Source: Lama glama
Lineage: Eukaryota
Assembly: GCA_028534125.1 (NCBI GenBank)
Contig: CM052816.1
Coordinates: 59,708,001 to 59,772,000, forward strand
Length of the DNA: 64,000 nucleotides
Reading direction: 5' to 3'
A model generated the notes under the pieces. The model was not told the origin of the DNA. It saw nothing but the letters and a program-made list of their open reading frames with translations, and searched no databases. The translations under genes were made by a program, and so were the position numbers. Of the stretch, positions 62,611 through 64,000 are shown one piece after another (positions within the stretch are counted from its first letter, which is position 1; each line of letters opens with the position of its first letter).

Positions 62611-62960
62611 TGTCTTGGTCCAGGCTGCTGTAGCAAAATATCACAGAGTGCATGGCTTAGAAACAACAGAAATTTAGCCCTCACATTTCTGGAGGCTGCA
62701 AGTCTATGATCAAGACTCTGGCAGATTTGGTGTCTGGTGACAGCCTACTTCTCAATCCATAGATGGCTGTCTTCCTGCTGTATCCTCACATGGTAGAAGG
62801 GGGCAGGGAGCTCCCTAGGGCCTCGTTTACAAGGGAACTAATACCATTCATACCCTCATAACCTAGTCATCCCAAAGGCCCCATTTCCAAACACCATCAC
62901 ATTGGGGAATGGATTTCAAAATATGAATCTGAGGGAGACACAAATGCTCAGTCTCTAGCA
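62611..62960 (-). mobile_element. MLT1A0-like MaLR solo LTR
   Basis: tgtcttggtccaggctgctgtagcaaaatatcacaga...tctggaggctgcaagtc...cccaaaggcccca...cagtctctagca. Confidence 0.9.
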
Positions 62961-64000
62961 TTCCCAAATGGTAAACGTGTGCAAACGACTGCCCAAGAGT
63001 TTCAATGTAGGAGGACTAGCAGGAATAGAAAAGAGGAAGAGTGTACCGTATTCTGAGAGGAACCCCAAATAAGGAAAGATTGGGGCCATCTGCCTGAGGG
63101 TCCTTGATTCTCCATTGCTTACATTCCCTCTAGGGGACAGGGTGGGAGGAGTACGGTCACCTCTTGAGGTCACTTCCTGCCTTGGCAAATTTGACTGGAA
63201 GAATGAATTTGCGTAAAGAACAAGCTCTCTTTCCCTTGTCCCACCATTACTCTTTGTTTCCTCCTATGCCTCTACTCACCTTTCCCTTCGATGTATTTTA
63301 AAAATTATTTTTAAGACAGCTTTATTGGCTCCCCATCAAGGTAACAGTGTTTCTCCAAGTGTGATCCATAAATCTATGATGATTCCAGGGAATGTAGAGT
63401 TTGACAGTTTCAGAAGCTGTTGCATTGATCATAAGATACTAATAATATCACAGCATAGAGTAAGTAAGAGCTTGTAGAGTTACCAGCATGCATTTTGCTT
63501 CATATTTGGCTAAAACTACTGATGTACAGAATGTGGATCATGTCTCAGTGTATGTGGAGCAAATATGAAGGAGAAATGATCAACATTTTTTTTATTACAT
63601 TAGTCTTGAAAAGCCATGGTATAGAAAGAGAACATTTTACAATAGTTACCAAATAGTTATATGATTCATGAGATAGGTTTACTGGGATCAGAACCAAAGG
63701 GCATCATTTATATATGCTGCTGTGGAAATTAAAGGAGATTAAAGTAATTAAATGCTAGAATCCTACTGTTTGCAAAGAGAACAGCTGGCAGAATATTTCC
63801 TGATCTTGATCTAATATTGAAGTAAATGAGGAAAAATGAATATTATTATGTTCTAGCCATTGCGCATATATCTTTTTTGGCTAAATGAGCAAATAAATAG
63901 GCATCCTGTATTAAAACCTTGCTTTTTTCCATTAAGGTATGAGGAAGCCAAGGGGAAATTTGTCATAACAGTTTTTGACATGAGGAAAGTGAGAACAATC

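Noticed and set aside
1..64000. ORF track entries as protein-coding genes
   Set aside because: All are 142 aa or shorter, many start at non-ATG codons, none resemble a cellular protein I recognise, and many lie in repeats. No consistent exon chain was found.
1..64000. CRISPR array, operon or other prokaryote-type system; horizontally acquired DNA
   Set aside because: No regularly spaced repeat-spacer array, gene-dense segment or foreign-looking block. The window is consistent with mammalian repeat-rich non-coding DNA.

Overview
AT-rich, CpG-depleted mammalian genomic DNA, most likely camelid (camel/alpaca/llama). The species call rests on two tRNA-derived Vic-1-type SINEs (11677, 20953) and several cetartiodactyl-type L1 3' ends. 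I cannot support any protein-coding gene: the ORF track holds only short ORFs that are chance or decayed-L1 frames. The window reads as intergenic DNA or a large intron, layered with old repeats (MIR, L2, L1M/HAL1, MaLR/ERVL LTRs, hAT and Tigger fossils) and younger L1 stubs and SINEs. I did not find a convincing new biological system. The best observations are mechanistic fossils visible in the sequence: (1) an ~800-bp L1 whose extreme 5' end is joined to its 3' end inside one target-site duplication (TSD); (2) a U2 snRNA 5'-fragment retrocopy nested in an L1; (3) an ~80-bp L1 ORF1 segment copied ~1.8 kb downstream into the same element; (4) a twin-priming L1 inversion. There are also lower-confidence functional candidates: a 30-nt micro-exon, a minus-strand TATA/ETS promoter-like site, NF-kB/ETS/RUNX motif clusters and a CpG-retaining patch. 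Repeat family names come from my recollection of consensus sequences, and most boundaries are approximate.
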